Part shown: positions 50,863 to 61,930 of the stretch, one piece after another
Layout: each line of letters begins with the position of its first letter
Numbering within the stretch: position 1 is the first letter of the stretch
From: an uncultured Actinomycetes bacterium
Lineage (GTDB): Bacteria; Actinomycetota; Thermoleophilia; UBA2241
Direction: 5' to 3'
DNA length: 64,000 nucleotides
Assembly: GCA_963755025.1 (NCBI GenBank)
Contig: CAVWIH010000014.1
Coordinates: 128,001-192,000 of the forward strand
Notes under the pieces: generated by a model
Databases searched by the model: none
What the model was told of the DNA's origin: nothing
What the model saw: the letters and a program-made list of their open reading frames with translations, nothing else
Program-made: the position numbers and the translations under genes

Positions 50863-53800
50863 TCAGACGCCGGCGCCGAGCCGGCGCGCCTCGCGGCCGC
50901 GCAGCCGCCAGGCGAATCCCGCGAGACGTGACTCGTCGAGCGGGTCGCCGTCGTTGTAGACAAAGAGCAGCGGGAACGCGGCGCCGCGGCGCAGCTGCGC
51001 CTCGCTGACCAGGGCCGGGCCGCAGCCGCGCGGCGAGACCACGACCACGCCGTCGACGGCCTGTGTGGACCAGGTGAGCAGGGCGCCGCCGATCGTGGGG
51101 ATCGACTCGCCGAACGGGTAGCCGTCGAACAGCGGCTCGCTGGCGCGCCAGACCTCGCCCACGTCGTGCCAGAAGACCCAGGGCTCGTGGGGGCGCACGA
51201 CGCCGAGCAGCCGCTTGACCACGTAGCGCATGAACTTGAGGGTCGCCAAGCGCTTGGCGCCCTGCCGCGTGGTCGCGCCGTGCTCGCGCGCGTCGCGCAG
51301 GGCGAGCAGCTCGAAGATCTCGCCGAACGGCTCGAAGATGACGCGCAAGCCCTGGTCTGAGAGCTTGCGCTGCAGGTCGTCGTTGCCCCACTCGTCGACG
51401 CGCAGGTAGATGTCGCCGCACAGAAAGACGGTGCGCAGGTCGTCGCGGGTCTCGCCGCCGCCGAGGGCGGCGAACTCGCGCGCGGCCTCGGCGACGAGCG
51501 CCTCGCAGCGCGAGAGCAGGGCGCGGGCGTCGCCCAGGCCCTTGACCTTGCCGGTCAGCCGCGGCGCCGCCAGCAACGCCTCGAGACGATCGGCGTAGGC
51601 GTGGTAGAGGGCGTCGGAGGCGCCCCGCCGGGGCTCCGTCGCGTAGTGGTAGAAGCGCAGCATGTTGAGCAGGTCGGCCGCCGCCGAGCCCACCCAGATC
51701 ACCGACGTCAGCGACCAGTCTTCGAACAGCAGGGTGAAGTCGGCCACCTCGACGGGCTTGTCGTAGCCGAGCCGCTCGAGCTGGATCTGCTGGGCGACCG
51801 GGAACAGGTTGGGGCGACAGGCCTGAAAGCCGCGGCCGATGCTCACGAACACGCAGCCGCCCTCGCCGATGGTGTCGCCGGCGCGCTCGAGGTAGTCGGC
51901 CAGCGTGCCCCAGATGAGCTGGTAGGGCAGGCATTCCTTTCCAGAACAGCCCTGACGCCCCCGGTCGAGGGCCTCGGGCGAAGTGGCGCCCACGAAACGC
52001 GCGTCGATGCCGGCGCCGCGCATGGCGGCGGCCGCGAAGCGGCCGCCGCTCCCGCCGATGTTGCCGAACACGAAGGTGCGCTCGCGGTTGTTGCGCAGCG
52101 ACAGCGCGACCGGCCGCTCGCAGCGCTCGAGGTGGCGGGGGTCGACGGCGCCGGGCAGAGCGCCCGCCCGGCCGCCGGCGTCGGGAGCGTCGGCGACGGC
52201 GCGCGCCTGCGCCTCGCGGTAGCCCCGCACGGCGTGCAGGAACGCCTGCACGCGGGTCACATAACCGGCGCTGCCGCCGTGGCCGTCGCTTTCGAGCACG
52301 GTGTGCGGGTAGGCCGAGAGCAGGTCGTCGAAGAGGTGCTCGACCAGCGAGTTCGGACCGCAGCCGTAGGCGCACAGCAGCAGCGGGAACACGTCGCCGG
52401 CGGCCGCCGCGGCGAGCGAAGCGCGCAGGGTCTCGCCGGCGCCGGCCCAGTGCACGCAGCGCAGGCCCGGCGCGGTCTCGTCGACGGGAAAGCAGTCGAG
52501 CGGCAGCGGCACCGCGCCGCTCGCCGCCACCAGGTCGTGGATGCCCGAGTTGATCACCGGGTCGTGGACCACGTGCACCTCGCCCACGATCAGCACGACC
52601 GGCACGCCCGCGGTGCGCGCGAAGCCGAGCGCGCGGTCGCCGATCTCGTGCAGGCCGCGCTGGTAGCGCTCCCACAAGTGCGCTCGCGCGGGCCTGAGCG
52701 GCGCGCACCGCCGCCGCGTCGTGCACGCCCAGAAGCCGGGCGGCCGCTTCGAGCTCGGCGAGCAGGCCGGCGTCGCCAAAGTCGTACGCCTTGGCGGCGA
52801 AGAACACCGGCCGCACCACAGGTGGCGCCCCGGCCTCGCCGGCCAGGGCGTGCTCGAGCATCTGCGGCGTGCCCTGGGCGATGGGGCAGGTGTAGGTGCC
52901 GGCCGCGCCGTGCGACGGCAGGTTGATGAACGCCGGCGCGAAGAGCGCGTCGAGCTTCGTCCCGTCGGCGGCCGCGGTCAGGCCGTGGGCGATCTTGACC
53001 GGCGCGCAGGCGCCCGGCGCCGCGCAGCGCCGGTCGCCCAGGGCCAGCGTCTCGACCGTCGGGCGCAGCACCTCGACCTCGGCCCCGAGCGCCGCCAGGA
53101 AGGCGGCGAAGAACGGCAGCGTGTCGAGAAGGTAGTGCGCCTGCGGCAGGCCGATGCGGCGGCCGGCCAGCGGGCCGGCCGCCGCATCGGCAACGCTCTC
53201 GGCCACGAGGGCCGCCAGCAGCTCGTCGCGCTCACGGTACGGGCTGGGGGCGTCCTTGGGCAGCTTGGCGCCCACCTCGGAACGGTCGTCGTACTTGGGG
53301 CAGTTGCCGCCGCTCACCACGCGGCGGCGTTCGCCGGCCACCTCGACGACCGCCGTCTCGAGCCGGCAGAGGTTGGCGCAGTGGCGGTCGCCGCAGCGGC
53401 CGCTCTTGCGCTCGACCACGCGCGCCGCCGCGAAGACGTCGAGGTCGACCGCGGCCAGATCGGCGGCGCTCGCGGCGCTCTGAGCGCTCGCGGGGATCGC
53501 GGGCGTTGCGGGGAGCGCGGCGCCGGCCCCGTCGGGGGCTGCGCCGGCCGCAGCGCCGCTTGCCTGCGCGGCGAGCAGGGCGATGCCCAGGGCGCCCATG
53601 GCGCCCGGGTCGGGCGGCACCACGACCTCGCGACCAGTGACCGCGGCCAGCGTGCGCGCCAGCGAGGGGTTCGCGGCCGGCTTGCCCTGAAAGAAGACGC
53701 GCTCCTCGAAGCGGCGGTCGCCCATCACGCGGCCGATGTAGTTCTTGATCACCGAGTACTGCAGCCCGGCGAAGATGTCGGGCCGCGTGAAGCCGTCGGA

Positions 53801-55450
53801 CAGCGCCTCGGCGGCGACGTCGGCGACGAACACGGTACAGGTCTGGCCGAGGTCGGGCGGATTGTCGGAGCGGGCCGCGAGGGCCCCAAACCCGGCGATG
53901 TCGTCGAGCCCGAAGGCGAGGGCCTGCTCCTCGAGGAACGAGCCCGTGCCGGCGCTGCAGACGCGGTTCATGTCGGATTCGGCCACGCGTCCGTCACGCA
54001 CGTTGATGAACTTGGCGTCCTGCCCGCCGATCTCGACGATCGAGAGGCTGCGGCCGCCGTCGGGGTCGAAGCGCACGGCGGCGGCGGCGTGCGCCACGAT
54101 CTCATTGAGCACGGTGAGGCCGGCCGCAAGGCCGGGGTAGGCGGCCCGCATGACGGTCGCCACGGCGTCGCGCCCCGACCCGGTCAGGCCGACCGCGACC
54201 ACCGTGTCGCGCGGCCGCGCCGCGCGCAGGTCGGCCACCAGGCGCTTGGCCGCTTCGACCGGGTTGCCGTCGGTGCGCCGGTACACGTCGGCCAGCACGG
54301 CGCCCGAGCGCGGTTCGATCAGCACACCTTTCGAGCCCGTCGAACCCAGGTCGAGGCCCAGCACGGCCGCCGCGGGGGGCGCAGCGGCGCCCGGCGCAGC
54401 GTTATCCGACGCAGCGGCGCCTGGCGCGGCGATGTCCGACGCGGCGGCGCCCGGCGCAGCGCTGGCCGATGCGTCGGCGCGTGGCGCGGCCGCCGCGGGC
54501 CGGCCGGTCGCCCGGTCATCGCCGAGCTGCACGACCGAGCCCGGACCGTCGGCCGCCGGAGTGAGGGCGCGCACCCTGACGCGGCGCTCGACCACCAGGT
54601 CTTCGGGCGCGGCAGGCCACTCGGCGCCGCTCCAGTCGCGCGCGGCGGCGAACTGCAGCGCGCCGAGCGCCTCGAACGCGCCGGCCTGCGCCGAGACCTC
54701 GACGGGCGCCGCGACGAGCTCGTCGAAGGCGGAGACGAGCGGACCGATCAGTGCGCCGTGGCCGATCAGCACGACCGGGCCGTCGACTTTTGTACGGTCG
54801 TAGAGCGCGTGCACGTTACGCGCCACGCTCTCGAACAGTCCACGAAAGAGGCGGCCGTGGTCCTCGCCTTGATTAGCGAAGTGCGTGAGCTCGCTCTTGG
54901 CAAAGACGGCGCAGCGCGAGGTGACGGTGATGCCGCGGTCGGCCGCGGCGGCGAGGGCGATGGCTTGCTCGAGGCCGCATCCGAGCCGGCCACACAGGCC
55001 CTCGACGGTCTCGCCGGTGCCCGCCGAGCAGCGCTCGTTGCGCTCGTAGTCGATGCGGCCCGCAGCGTCGCGCGTGAGCACCGAGTAGCCGCTGCCGCCG
55101 ATGCGCACCACGGTCAGGGCGCCCTCGGCGCCGTAGAGGGCGCGCGCCGCCCACTCCTGCGCGATCTCTTCGGGGATGCCGCCGAGCGCGGGCGCCGTCA
55201 GGCGGTCGCCAAAGGCCCCCGCCGCCACGACGCCCGCGACCCGCGCGGCGCCGAGCGCGCGATACAGGGCGAAGAAGGGCGCCAGCGGCTCGCCGTGGTG
55301 GCGCGCGGCGCTCGAGCCCTCGACCGAGAGGACGCCGTCGGCGCCGACGCTACCCCAGGCGAGCGACGTCGTGACCTTGCCGGCGTCGAGCCCGATGAGC
55401 AGGCGCGGCGCACCGTCGGCGGGCGCGGGAGGCGTGGCGAAGGACTGCAT
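50863..55450 (-). CDS. Giant CoA-substrate-specific enzyme activase fusion (2 BadF/BcrA-D ASKHA domains + DUF2229-like + dehydratase-like C-terminus); frameshift near 52690
   Basis: GLDAGKVTT, NERCSAGTG, CAVFAKSE, GLDLGSTGSK, EIGGQDAK, MNRVCSAGTGSFLEEQ, CTVF, CAPVK, GCGPNS, GKECLP and GCGP. Confidence 0.87.
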
Positions 55451-55577
55451 GTGCGTAGTCTACGACGAGCGACGGCCCACCGCCCCCCACGACCTATACT
55501 TGAGACCCGGCCAGAATGGGAAGCAGGTAGTACGTGACCGCCGCGGGTGGCCACCACAACGACCGAGGGAGGACCTC

Positions 55578-56150
55578 ATGGAGACACAACAGGCAGACGA
55601 CCCGAAGGATTATCTCGACAGGATCGGCGCATCGTGGGGCTGGCTGCTGGCCTTCTCCCTCGCCACGCTGGTCCTCGGCGTCATGGTGATGGCATGGCCT
55701 CACGCGACCATCAAGCTGGTCGCGCTGCTGTTCGGCCTGCAGCTCCTGATAGGCGGCGTCTTCTCGCTCGTGCGTGCCTTCACCGACCGCGGCGAGAGCT
55801 CGCGCGTGCTGCTCGCAGTGCTCGGCATCCTGGGCATCGTCGTCGGCATCTTCGTCTTGCGGCACCTGTTCGAGACCGTGGTCATCATGGTCGTGCTGCT
55901 GGGCGTCTACTGGGTGCTGCACGGCGTCATCGAGTTCTTCGTGGCCGTCGACCACAAGGGCGCGCCGGCGCGCGGCGTGAGCATCGTCGCCGGCATCCTG
56001 AGCTTCGTCGCCGGCGTCGTCGTGCTGTCCTGGCCGGCGCCCACCTTGCTGGTGCTGGTCTGGGTGCTCGGCGTCTGGCTCGTGGTCTACGGCCTGGTCG
56101 GTATCGCCGGCGCCTTCATCGTGCGGCACGCGCTCAAGGCGGCGGCCTGA
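55578..56150 (+). CDS. HdeD/DUF308 family membrane protein
   Basis: RBS GGGAGG; 6 TM segments with repeated WP..T motif. Confidence 0.85.
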   Translation: METQQADDPKDYLDRIGASWGWLLAFSLATLVLGVMVMAWPHATIKLVALLFGLQLLIGGVFSLVRAFTDRGESSRVLLAVLGILGIVVGIFVLRHLFETVVIMVVLLGVYWVLHGVIEFFVAVDHKGAPARGVSIVAGILSFVAGVVVLSWPAPTLLVLVWVLGVWLVVYGLVGIAGAFIVRHALKAAA

Positions 56151-56226
56151 CGGCGCGCCGCAAGGCCTGACGGCGCGCTGCAAGGGTCGGCGGCTGCAAG
56201 GGCCGGCAGCTACAAGGGCCGGCGGC
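56144..56226. repeat. Stop-anchored 20-bp x2 repeat followed by 16-bp x2.5 repeat
   Basis: ggcctgacggcgcgc(c/t)gcaa x2; ggg(t/c)cggc(g/a)gct(g/a)caa. Confidence 0.75.
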
Positions 56227-56281
56227 CGGCTCTCAGTGGGTTCTCAGGCGCCTGCTTGGGCGAGGGCCGCCAGGACCGGGG

Positions 56282-57652
56282 TCACTCGCGCGCCGGGAGC
56301 GTCGCGAGGAACAGCGTCTCGGCCACGATGCAGCGCTCCAGTTCGGCCAGGTCGACGCTCTCGTTGGCCCCGTGGATATGGCTCAGCGGCTCTTCGGCGC
56401 CCCACAAGATGATCTCGGCGGCGGGCGCCGCCGCGTGGAACGCCGCGACCAGCGGAATCGAGCCGCCCATGCCGTAGTACGACACGGGCACGCCATACGC
56501 CGTCTGGAGGGCCTGCGCCGCGGCGGCGTAGGCGGGTCCGTCGGTGCGCGCCGCGAAGCCCTCGCCCCCGCCGGCGTTGGTGAAGACGAGCACGGCGCGC
56601 CACGGGGCGACCGCCTGCAGGTGGCGCACGACCGCCTCTCGGGCGACGGCGGGGTCGAGACCGGGCGGCACCCGCACCGTCACTGCCGCCCGGGCGCGGG
56701 GCGCCACGACGTTCGCGGCGCCCTCGACCGCGGGCGCGTCGATGCCGATCACCGTGATGGCCGGGCGGCTGAAGAGCTGCTCGGCGATGTTGCCTGAGCC
56801 GGCGAGCGCGACGCCCGCGAGCACGCCGGCGTCGCGCCGGAACGCCGGCTCGTCGTAGTTCGCGCCGTCGTAGGGGACCGCCTCGAGCCCCTTCACGGCG
56901 ACGTTGCCGACCGCGTCGTGGAGCGTGGCCAGCATGCCGATCAGCGCGGCCAGCGCGTCGGGCGCGGGACCGCCGTAGACGCCGCTGTGGATCGGGCCCG
57001 CCAGCGTGCGCACCTCGATCAGGATCTTGGCCATGCCGCGCAGCGACGTCGTGAGCGTGGGCCGGCCGACGGCCCGGTTACCGGCGTCGGCGATCACGAT
57101 GGCGTCGGCCGCGGCCAGGTCGGGACGAGCGCGCACCAGCTCCTCGATGCCCGTCCGGCCGGTCTCCTCGGCCCCCTCGATCAGCACGTTGACCCCGACG
57201 CGCAGGTCGTCGCCCAGCGCGCGCAGCGCCGCGGCGTGCAGCACGATGCCCGACTTGTCGTCGGCGGCGCCGCGACCGAACAGGCGGCCGTCGCGCTCGA
57301 CCGGCTCAAACGGCGGGCTCGTCCAGTCGGCCTCGACGCCGGCGGGCTGCACGTCGTAGTGACCGTAGAGCAGCACCGTCGGAGCGCCGGGCGCCGCGGG
57401 GCGCCGGGCGAACACGGCCGGCGGCGAGCCGGGCACGTCGAGCAGGCGCACGTCGGGCATGCCGGCCCCGCGGAGGATCTCTGTGACGGCCTCGGCGGCG
57501 GCCGCCAGCGGCTCGGCCGGGAACCCGTCGAGAGCCACGGAAGGAATGCGTACGAGCCGCTCCAGGTCAGCGCGCGCGGCCGGCAGGCCGCGCGTCACGC
57601 GGCGGCGCAGCTCGTCGGCTGACGGCTTCGCCGCGCCGACGACGTCGCTCAT
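56282..57652 (-). CDS. M20 family dipeptidase
   Basis: [29 protein letters not shown] and HGANE. Confidence 0.9.
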   Translation of the reverse strand: MSDVVGAAKPSADELRRRVTRGLPAARADLERLVRIPSVALDGFPAEPLAAAAEAVTEILRGAGMPDVRLLDVPGSPPAVFARRPAAPGAPTVLLYGHYDVQPAGVEADWTSPPFEPVERDGRLFGRGAADDKSGIVLHAAALRALGDDLRVGVNVLIEGAEETGRTGIEELVRARPDLAAADAIVIADAGNRAVGRPTLTTSLRGMAKILIEVRTLAGPIHSGVYGGPAPDALAALIGMLATLHDAVGNVAVKGLEAVPYDGANYDEPAFRRDAGVLAGVALAGSGNIAEQLFSRPAITVIGIDAPAVEGAANVVAPRARAAVTVRVPPGLDPAVAREAVVRHLQAVAPWRAVLVFTNAGGGEGFAARTDGPAYAAAAQALQTAYGVPVSYYGMGGSIPLVAAFHAAAPAAEIILWGAEEPLSHIHGANESVDLAELERCIVAETLFLATLPARE

Positions 57653-57788
57653 GCCGGCCTCGCGGCCCGGCGGCCGGCGCTAGCGTATCGCCCACGCGCC
57701 GGCGGCCGGGCGCCCACGGCGCGGCCCAGGGCGGCGCGGCCCAGGGCGGCGTAGCTCGTCGCGGCCGCGGACACCTGCGGCAGACCTT

Positions 57789-58400
57789 TCAGCGCGCCGC
57801 CACGGCGACCGCTCGCTGCCGCCAGTCCAGCACGTGTTCGTCTTCGAGGATCAGCAGTGCGGCTTCGCCGGGCCCGACCGCCACATGGTGCGGCAGGCGC
57901 AGCTCGGTCAGGCACCAGTCGGTCTCGCGACCATCGTCGATCAGCACAGTGCGACAGCCGGCGCGCACGCCGCCCTCGACCTGGTCGAGGGTATCGCCGA
58001 TCATCCACGAGCGCTCCATGTCGATGCCGTACTTGCGGCCCGCTCGCGTGAGCAGGCCGGGCCGCGGCAGGCGGCACACGCAGTCTACCGCGTAGCCCCG
58101 CCGCACGCCGTGCGGGTCGTGCGGGCAGTACGAGAAGCCGGTGAGCGCGACGTTCTCGGCCGCCAGCAGCTCCTCGAGCCGCAGGCCCACCGCCTCGAGC
58201 TCGCGTTCTTCGAACTGGGCGCGCGCGACGCCGGGTTCGGTGCCCACGATGTAGAACAGAAACCCCGCTCCGCGCAGCAGCCGCAGACCGGCACCCACCC
58301 CGTCGACCAGTCGCAAGCCGGCGGGTCCGCTGCCGGGCGTCTCGCTGCGGACGATACAGTCCTTGGCCAGAAAGACGGCCTTGTGTGCGTTCATCAGCAT
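57789..58400 (-). CDS. GmhB/histidinol-phosphatase-like HAD-IIIA protein with degenerate catalytic motifs
   Basis: YCPH...CVCRLPRPG and SWMIGD are retained; motif I reads FLAKDC. Confidence 0.8.
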   Translation of the reverse strand: MLMNAHKAVFLAKDCIVRSETPGSGPAGLRLVDGVGAGLRLLRGAGFLFYIVGTEPGVARAQFEERELEAVGLRLEELLAAENVALTGFSYCPHDPHGVRRGYAVDCVCRLPRPGLLTRAGRKYGIDMERSWMIGDTLDQVEGGVRAGCRTVLIDDGRETDWCLTELRLPHHVAVGPGEAALLILEDEHVLDWRQRAVAVAAR

Positions 58401-58567
58401 CTCCCGCGCTCACCCGCGAAGGCGCCGGTCCGGCGGCGCCTCCGCGGTCACTCCCTCTCAAAACCAAGGCGGCGGCACCGTACCGCGACCTGCGCAAAGC
58501 CGGCCCTGCATGCCACGCAACCGGTCGGCCGCCGCAGGCGGCGCCGCATCGTCCCCACGGGCACGTG

Positions 58568-58617
58568 GGTTGCCGCCGCAGGCCGCACGCAAACCGTTGC
58601 GCCCTGCGGCGGCAGCC
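58568..58617. terminator. Long GC hairpin downstream of the EamA gene
   Basis: ggttgccgccgcagg ... cctgcggcggcagcc (1 mismatch). Confidence 0.5.
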
Positions 58618-58628
58618 GCGAGGGAGCT

Positions 58629-59480
58629 TCAGCGGGCCGCGATCACGGCGACCCCGGCGAGGGCCGCCAGGACGCCGAAGAGCTGGCGGCGCTCCAGGCG
58701 CTCGCGCAGCACGACGTAGGCCAGCACCACGGTGGTGACCGGGTACAGCGAGCCGATCACCCCGACGATGCTCAGGTAGCCCTGCGTGGTGGCCAGCGAG
58801 AACAGCCCGTTGGCGGCCGTGTCGAAGATGCCGACGGCCACGATCCCGGGCAGGGCCGCGCGCTTCAGGCCGATCCGCGGCCGCAGCACCAGCAGGACGA
58901 TGGCGAAGAAGCAGGCCGAAGAGATGCGCCCGCCGAGCATGGCCCACAGGGCGTCGTGCTTGGCCGTCTGGTCGTAACCGATCAGCATGAGACCGATACC
59001 GGCCGCCGCGACGACCGCGAGCAGCGCCGCGCGGCGCTGCGTGGCCCTGTGCGCCGCGGGAGCGTCGCGGCGCGGGCGCTCGATGGTCACGACCAGCACG
59101 CCGGCGACGGCCACCGCCACCCCGACCAACTGCCACAGGCCGGGACGCTCGCCGGCGGCGATGCCCCAGGCGAAGGGCACCAGCGCGCTGGTGGCGGTGA
59201 TCGGCGCGACGATGCTCATCGTGCCGATGGCGAGCGCCTTGTAGAAGGCCATGAGGGCGATGCTGCCGGCGATGCTGCCGAGCAGGACCGGCCAGAGGCC
59301 GGCGAAGCCGATCCACGGCCGGCCGGCCAGGATCACGACGGCGATGGCGCCGGTCAGCCCCACCACCTGGCTGCCCAGGATGACGGCCCACAACGTGGCG
59401 CGGCGCGTGGTCAGGCCGCCGAGGAAGTCCCCCGAACCCCAGCAGAGCGATGCGGAAAGCGCCAGTGCGACGGCCAGCAT
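58629..59480 (-). CDS. EamA/DMT transporter
   Basis: WGSGDFLGG, MSIVAPI and SLYPVTTV..LRERL. Confidence 0.87.
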   Translation of the reverse strand: MLAVALALSASLCWGSGDFLGGLTTRRATLWAVILGSQVVGLTGAIAVVILAGRPWIGFAGLWPVLLGSIAGSIALMAFYKALAIGTMSIVAPITATSALVPFAWGIAAGERPGLWQLVGVAVAVAGVLVVTIERPRRDAPAAHRATQRRAALLAVVAAAGIGLMLIGYDQTAKHDALWAMLGGRISSACFFAIVLLVLRPRIGLKRAALPGIVAVGIFDTAANGLFSLATTQGYLSIVGVIGSLYPVTTVVLAYVVLRERLERRQLFGVLAALAGVAVIAAR

Positions 59481-59620
59481 GACGGGAGGCTATCAGAGGT
59501 CCGCCGCCAACGGCCGCCCGCGTTTCGGGTCGGACCGCGCGGCAACAAACCCTGGAGTCGCCGGGGCTGGTGGGTCTCCGCGCGGCGAGTCATGCAAACG
59601 TTTCCCGGGGAGGTAGTCGG

Positions 59621-60346
59621 ATGGCGACCACGATCGACGAGATCGCGCCCGACATCTTTCGCATCTCGACCTACGTCGCGGCCGGCGACCTCGGCTTCGC
59701 CCAGTTCCTGGTGCGCGACGAGCACCCCCTCCTGTACCACACCGGCATGAAGCGGCTCTTCGACGACGTCCACGCCGCCGTGGCGCGGCTGATCGACCCG
59801 GCCACGCTCGGCTGGATCGGCTTCAGCCACTTCGAGGTCGACGAGTGCGGAGCGCTCAACGAGTGGCTGGCGGCGGCGCCGGCCGCCGTGCCCGTCTGCA
59901 GCGAGACCTGCCGCCTCGTCAACATGGCCGACTTCGCCGCGCGCCCGGCTCGCGGGCTGGCCGACCACCAGGCCATCGCCACCGGCGGCCACAGGCTGCG
60001 CTTCCACCAGACGCCCCACCTGCCCCACGGCTGGGGAGCGGGCCACCTGTTCGACGAGACCACCCGCACATTGCTCTGTTCGGACATCCTCCACCAAGCC
60101 GGCGACCGGCCGGCCCTCACCCACGACGACGTGGTCGACGACGCGCGGCGCACGCTCGCCGGCTACGAGGGCACGCCGCTCAAGGGCTACGTGCCCCTCA
60201 CGAGCCGGACCGACCGGTTCCTGCGCGAGCTGGCCAGCCTCGAGCCGACCACGCTGGCCACCATGCACGGCTCGACCTATGTGGGTGACGGCAGCGCCGC
60301 GCTGCTCGCCTACCGCGACACCCTCGACGAGCTCTTCGACGGGTAG
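59621..60346 (+). CDS. MBL-fold (flavodiiron N-terminal/ODP-like) protein
   Basis: SHFEVDECG, TPHLPHGW, LCSD and ATMHGS. Confidence 0.82.
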   Translation: MATTIDEIAPDIFRISTYVAAGDLGFAQFLVRDEHPLLYHTGMKRLFDDVHAAVARLIDPATLGWIGFSHFEVDECGALNEWLAAAPAAVPVCSETCRLVNMADFAARPARGLADHQAIATGGHRLRFHQTPHLPHGWGAGHLFDETTRTLLCSDILHQAGDRPALTHDDVVDDARRTLAGYEGTPLKGYVPLTSRTDRFLRELASLEPTTLATMHGSTYVGDGSAALLAYRDTLDELFDG

Positions 60347-60448
60347 CGAGTGAGGCACGGCTGCCGTGCGAGGCACGTTGCCGTGTGAGGCGCGGGCCAA
60401 GCGCCGGCGAGGCGAAGAAGGCGGCGCCGCAGCCCTCTCCGGCCGGCG

Positions 60449-61930
60449 CTAGTCGGCAGCCGCGAACTGCCTGACCGCCTCGACCGCGCGCTGCCAGCGC
60501 CCCAGCAGCCGCGCCCGGTCGATGGCCGGATCGGGCACGAAGCGGCGCCCCGCCCGGTGCATCGCGGCGAGCTCGTCGTCGCGCCAGAAGCCCACCGCCA
60601 GTCCGGCCAGAGCGGCCGCTCCGAGCGCGGTGCACTCGGGTTCGGCCGCACGCACGACCTCGAGGCCGCAGATGTCGGCCTGGAACTGCAGCAGCGCGTC
60701 GCTGGCCGAAGCGCCGCCGTCGACGCGCAGCTCGACCGGCTCGAGACCCGAGTCGGCCGCCGTGGCGGCGACCAGGTCGGCGACCTCGAAGGCGATGCCC
60801 TCGAGCACCGCCCTGGCGAGGTGCGCCGGCGTGGCCCCCAGCGTGAGGCCGAAGAAGGCGCCGCGTGCCGCCGGGTCCCAGTGCGGCGCGCCGAGGCCGG
60901 CGAGGGCGGGCACGAAGACCCCGCCCTCGCCGGCCCCCACCTGCGCGGCGAGCTCGCTGGCCTGTTCGGACGACGAGACCACGCCCAGGCCGTCGCGCAG
61001 CCAGCCGACGGCCGCGCCGCCCACGAAGGCGCTGCCCTCGAGGGCGTAGGTCGGCGTGCCGCCGCGCTGCACGGCCACGGTGGTGAGCAGGCGGTTGCGC
61101 GAGGCGACGGGGTCGGCGCCGGTGTGGGTCAGCAGGAAGCAGCCGGTGCCGTAGGTGAGCTTCGCCTGGCCGGCGCCGTGGCAGCCGTGGCCGAAGAGGG
61201 CCGCCTGCTGGTCGCCGCACAGCGCCGCGATGGGCAGCGCGACGCCGAACAGGCCGGGGTCGGTCTCGCCGATCACGGCGCTCGTGTCGACCACGGTCGG
61301 CAGCAGCTCGCGCGGCACGCCGAACAGCTCGAGGAGCTCGTCGTCCCAGGCGCCCGCGGCGATGTCGTACAGCAGCGTGCGCGAGGCATTGGTCGCGTCG
61401 GTCACGTGCAGGCGCCTGCCCGTCAGGTTCCAGGCGAGCCACGAGTCGACGGTGCCGCCGGCGAGCTCGCCGCGCCGCGCGCGCCGCAGCCCGTCGGGCA
61501 CGTGGTCCAAGATCCAGCGCAGCTTGGTCGCCGTGAAGTAGGGATCGAGCACGAGACCGGTCTTGCGCCGCACCAGCGCCTCGTGGCCCGCGTCGGCCAG
61601 CGCGCGACACGTGGCGGCGGTGCGGCGGTCCTGCCAGACGATCGCCGGAGCCACCGGGGCGCCCGTCGCGCGCTCCCAGACGACGGCGGTCTCGCGCTGG
61701 TTGGCAAGACCGACCGCGGCGATGCCCGACGCCCCGCCGGGACGTTCGGCCAGCACCGTGCGCGCCGTGTCGAGCTGCGCCTGCCACAGGGCGAGCGGGT
61801 CTTGCTCGACCCAGCCCGCCGCGGGATAGGTCTGGCCGACGGCCTGCTGCGCGCTGGCCACGATGCGCCCGTCGTGATCGACCAGCAGCGTGCGCGAGCT
61901 CGTGGTGCCCTGGTCGAGCGCCAGGATCAT
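60449..61930 (-). CDS. glpK: Glycerol kinase
   Basis: LALDQGTTSSR, NQRET, IVWQDRRT, GDQQAALFG, TYGTGCF and LRVDGG. Confidence 0.93.
   Translation of the reverse strand: MILALDQGTTSSRTLLVDHDGRIVASAQQAVGQTYPAAGWVEQDPLALWQAQLDTARTVLAERPGGASGIAAVGLANQRETAVVWERATGAPVAPAIVWQDRRTAATCRALADAGHEALVRRKTGLVLDPYFTATKLRWILDHVPDGLRRARRGELAGGTVDSWLAWNLTGRRLHVTDATNASRTLLYDIAAGAWDDELLELFGVPRELLPTVVDTSAVIGETDPGLFGVALPIAALCGDQQAALFGHGCHGAGQAKLTYGTGCFLLTHTGADPVASRNRLLTTVAVQRGGTPTYALEGSAFVGGAAVGWLRDGLGVVSSSEQASELAAQVGAGEGGVFVPALAGLGAPHWDPAARGAFFGLTLGATPAHLARAVLEGIAFEVADLVAATAADSGLEPVELRVDGGASASDALLQFQADICGLEVVRAAEPECTALGAAALAGLAVGFWRDDELAAMHRAGRRFVPDPAIDRARLLGRWQRAVEAVRQFAAAD

Noticed and set aside
54370-54475. 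30-bp coding repeats in the activase linker (also SulP tail 39771-39838 and 37003-37038)
   Set aside because: In-frame low-complexity linker expansions with no sign of a separate function
58480-58620. c-di-GMP-I riboswitch-like words (GCAAAGCC, GCAAACC)
   Set aside because: Wrong order and strand relative to the downstream gene, and no GNRA-capped stem; better explained as a terminator-like hairpin
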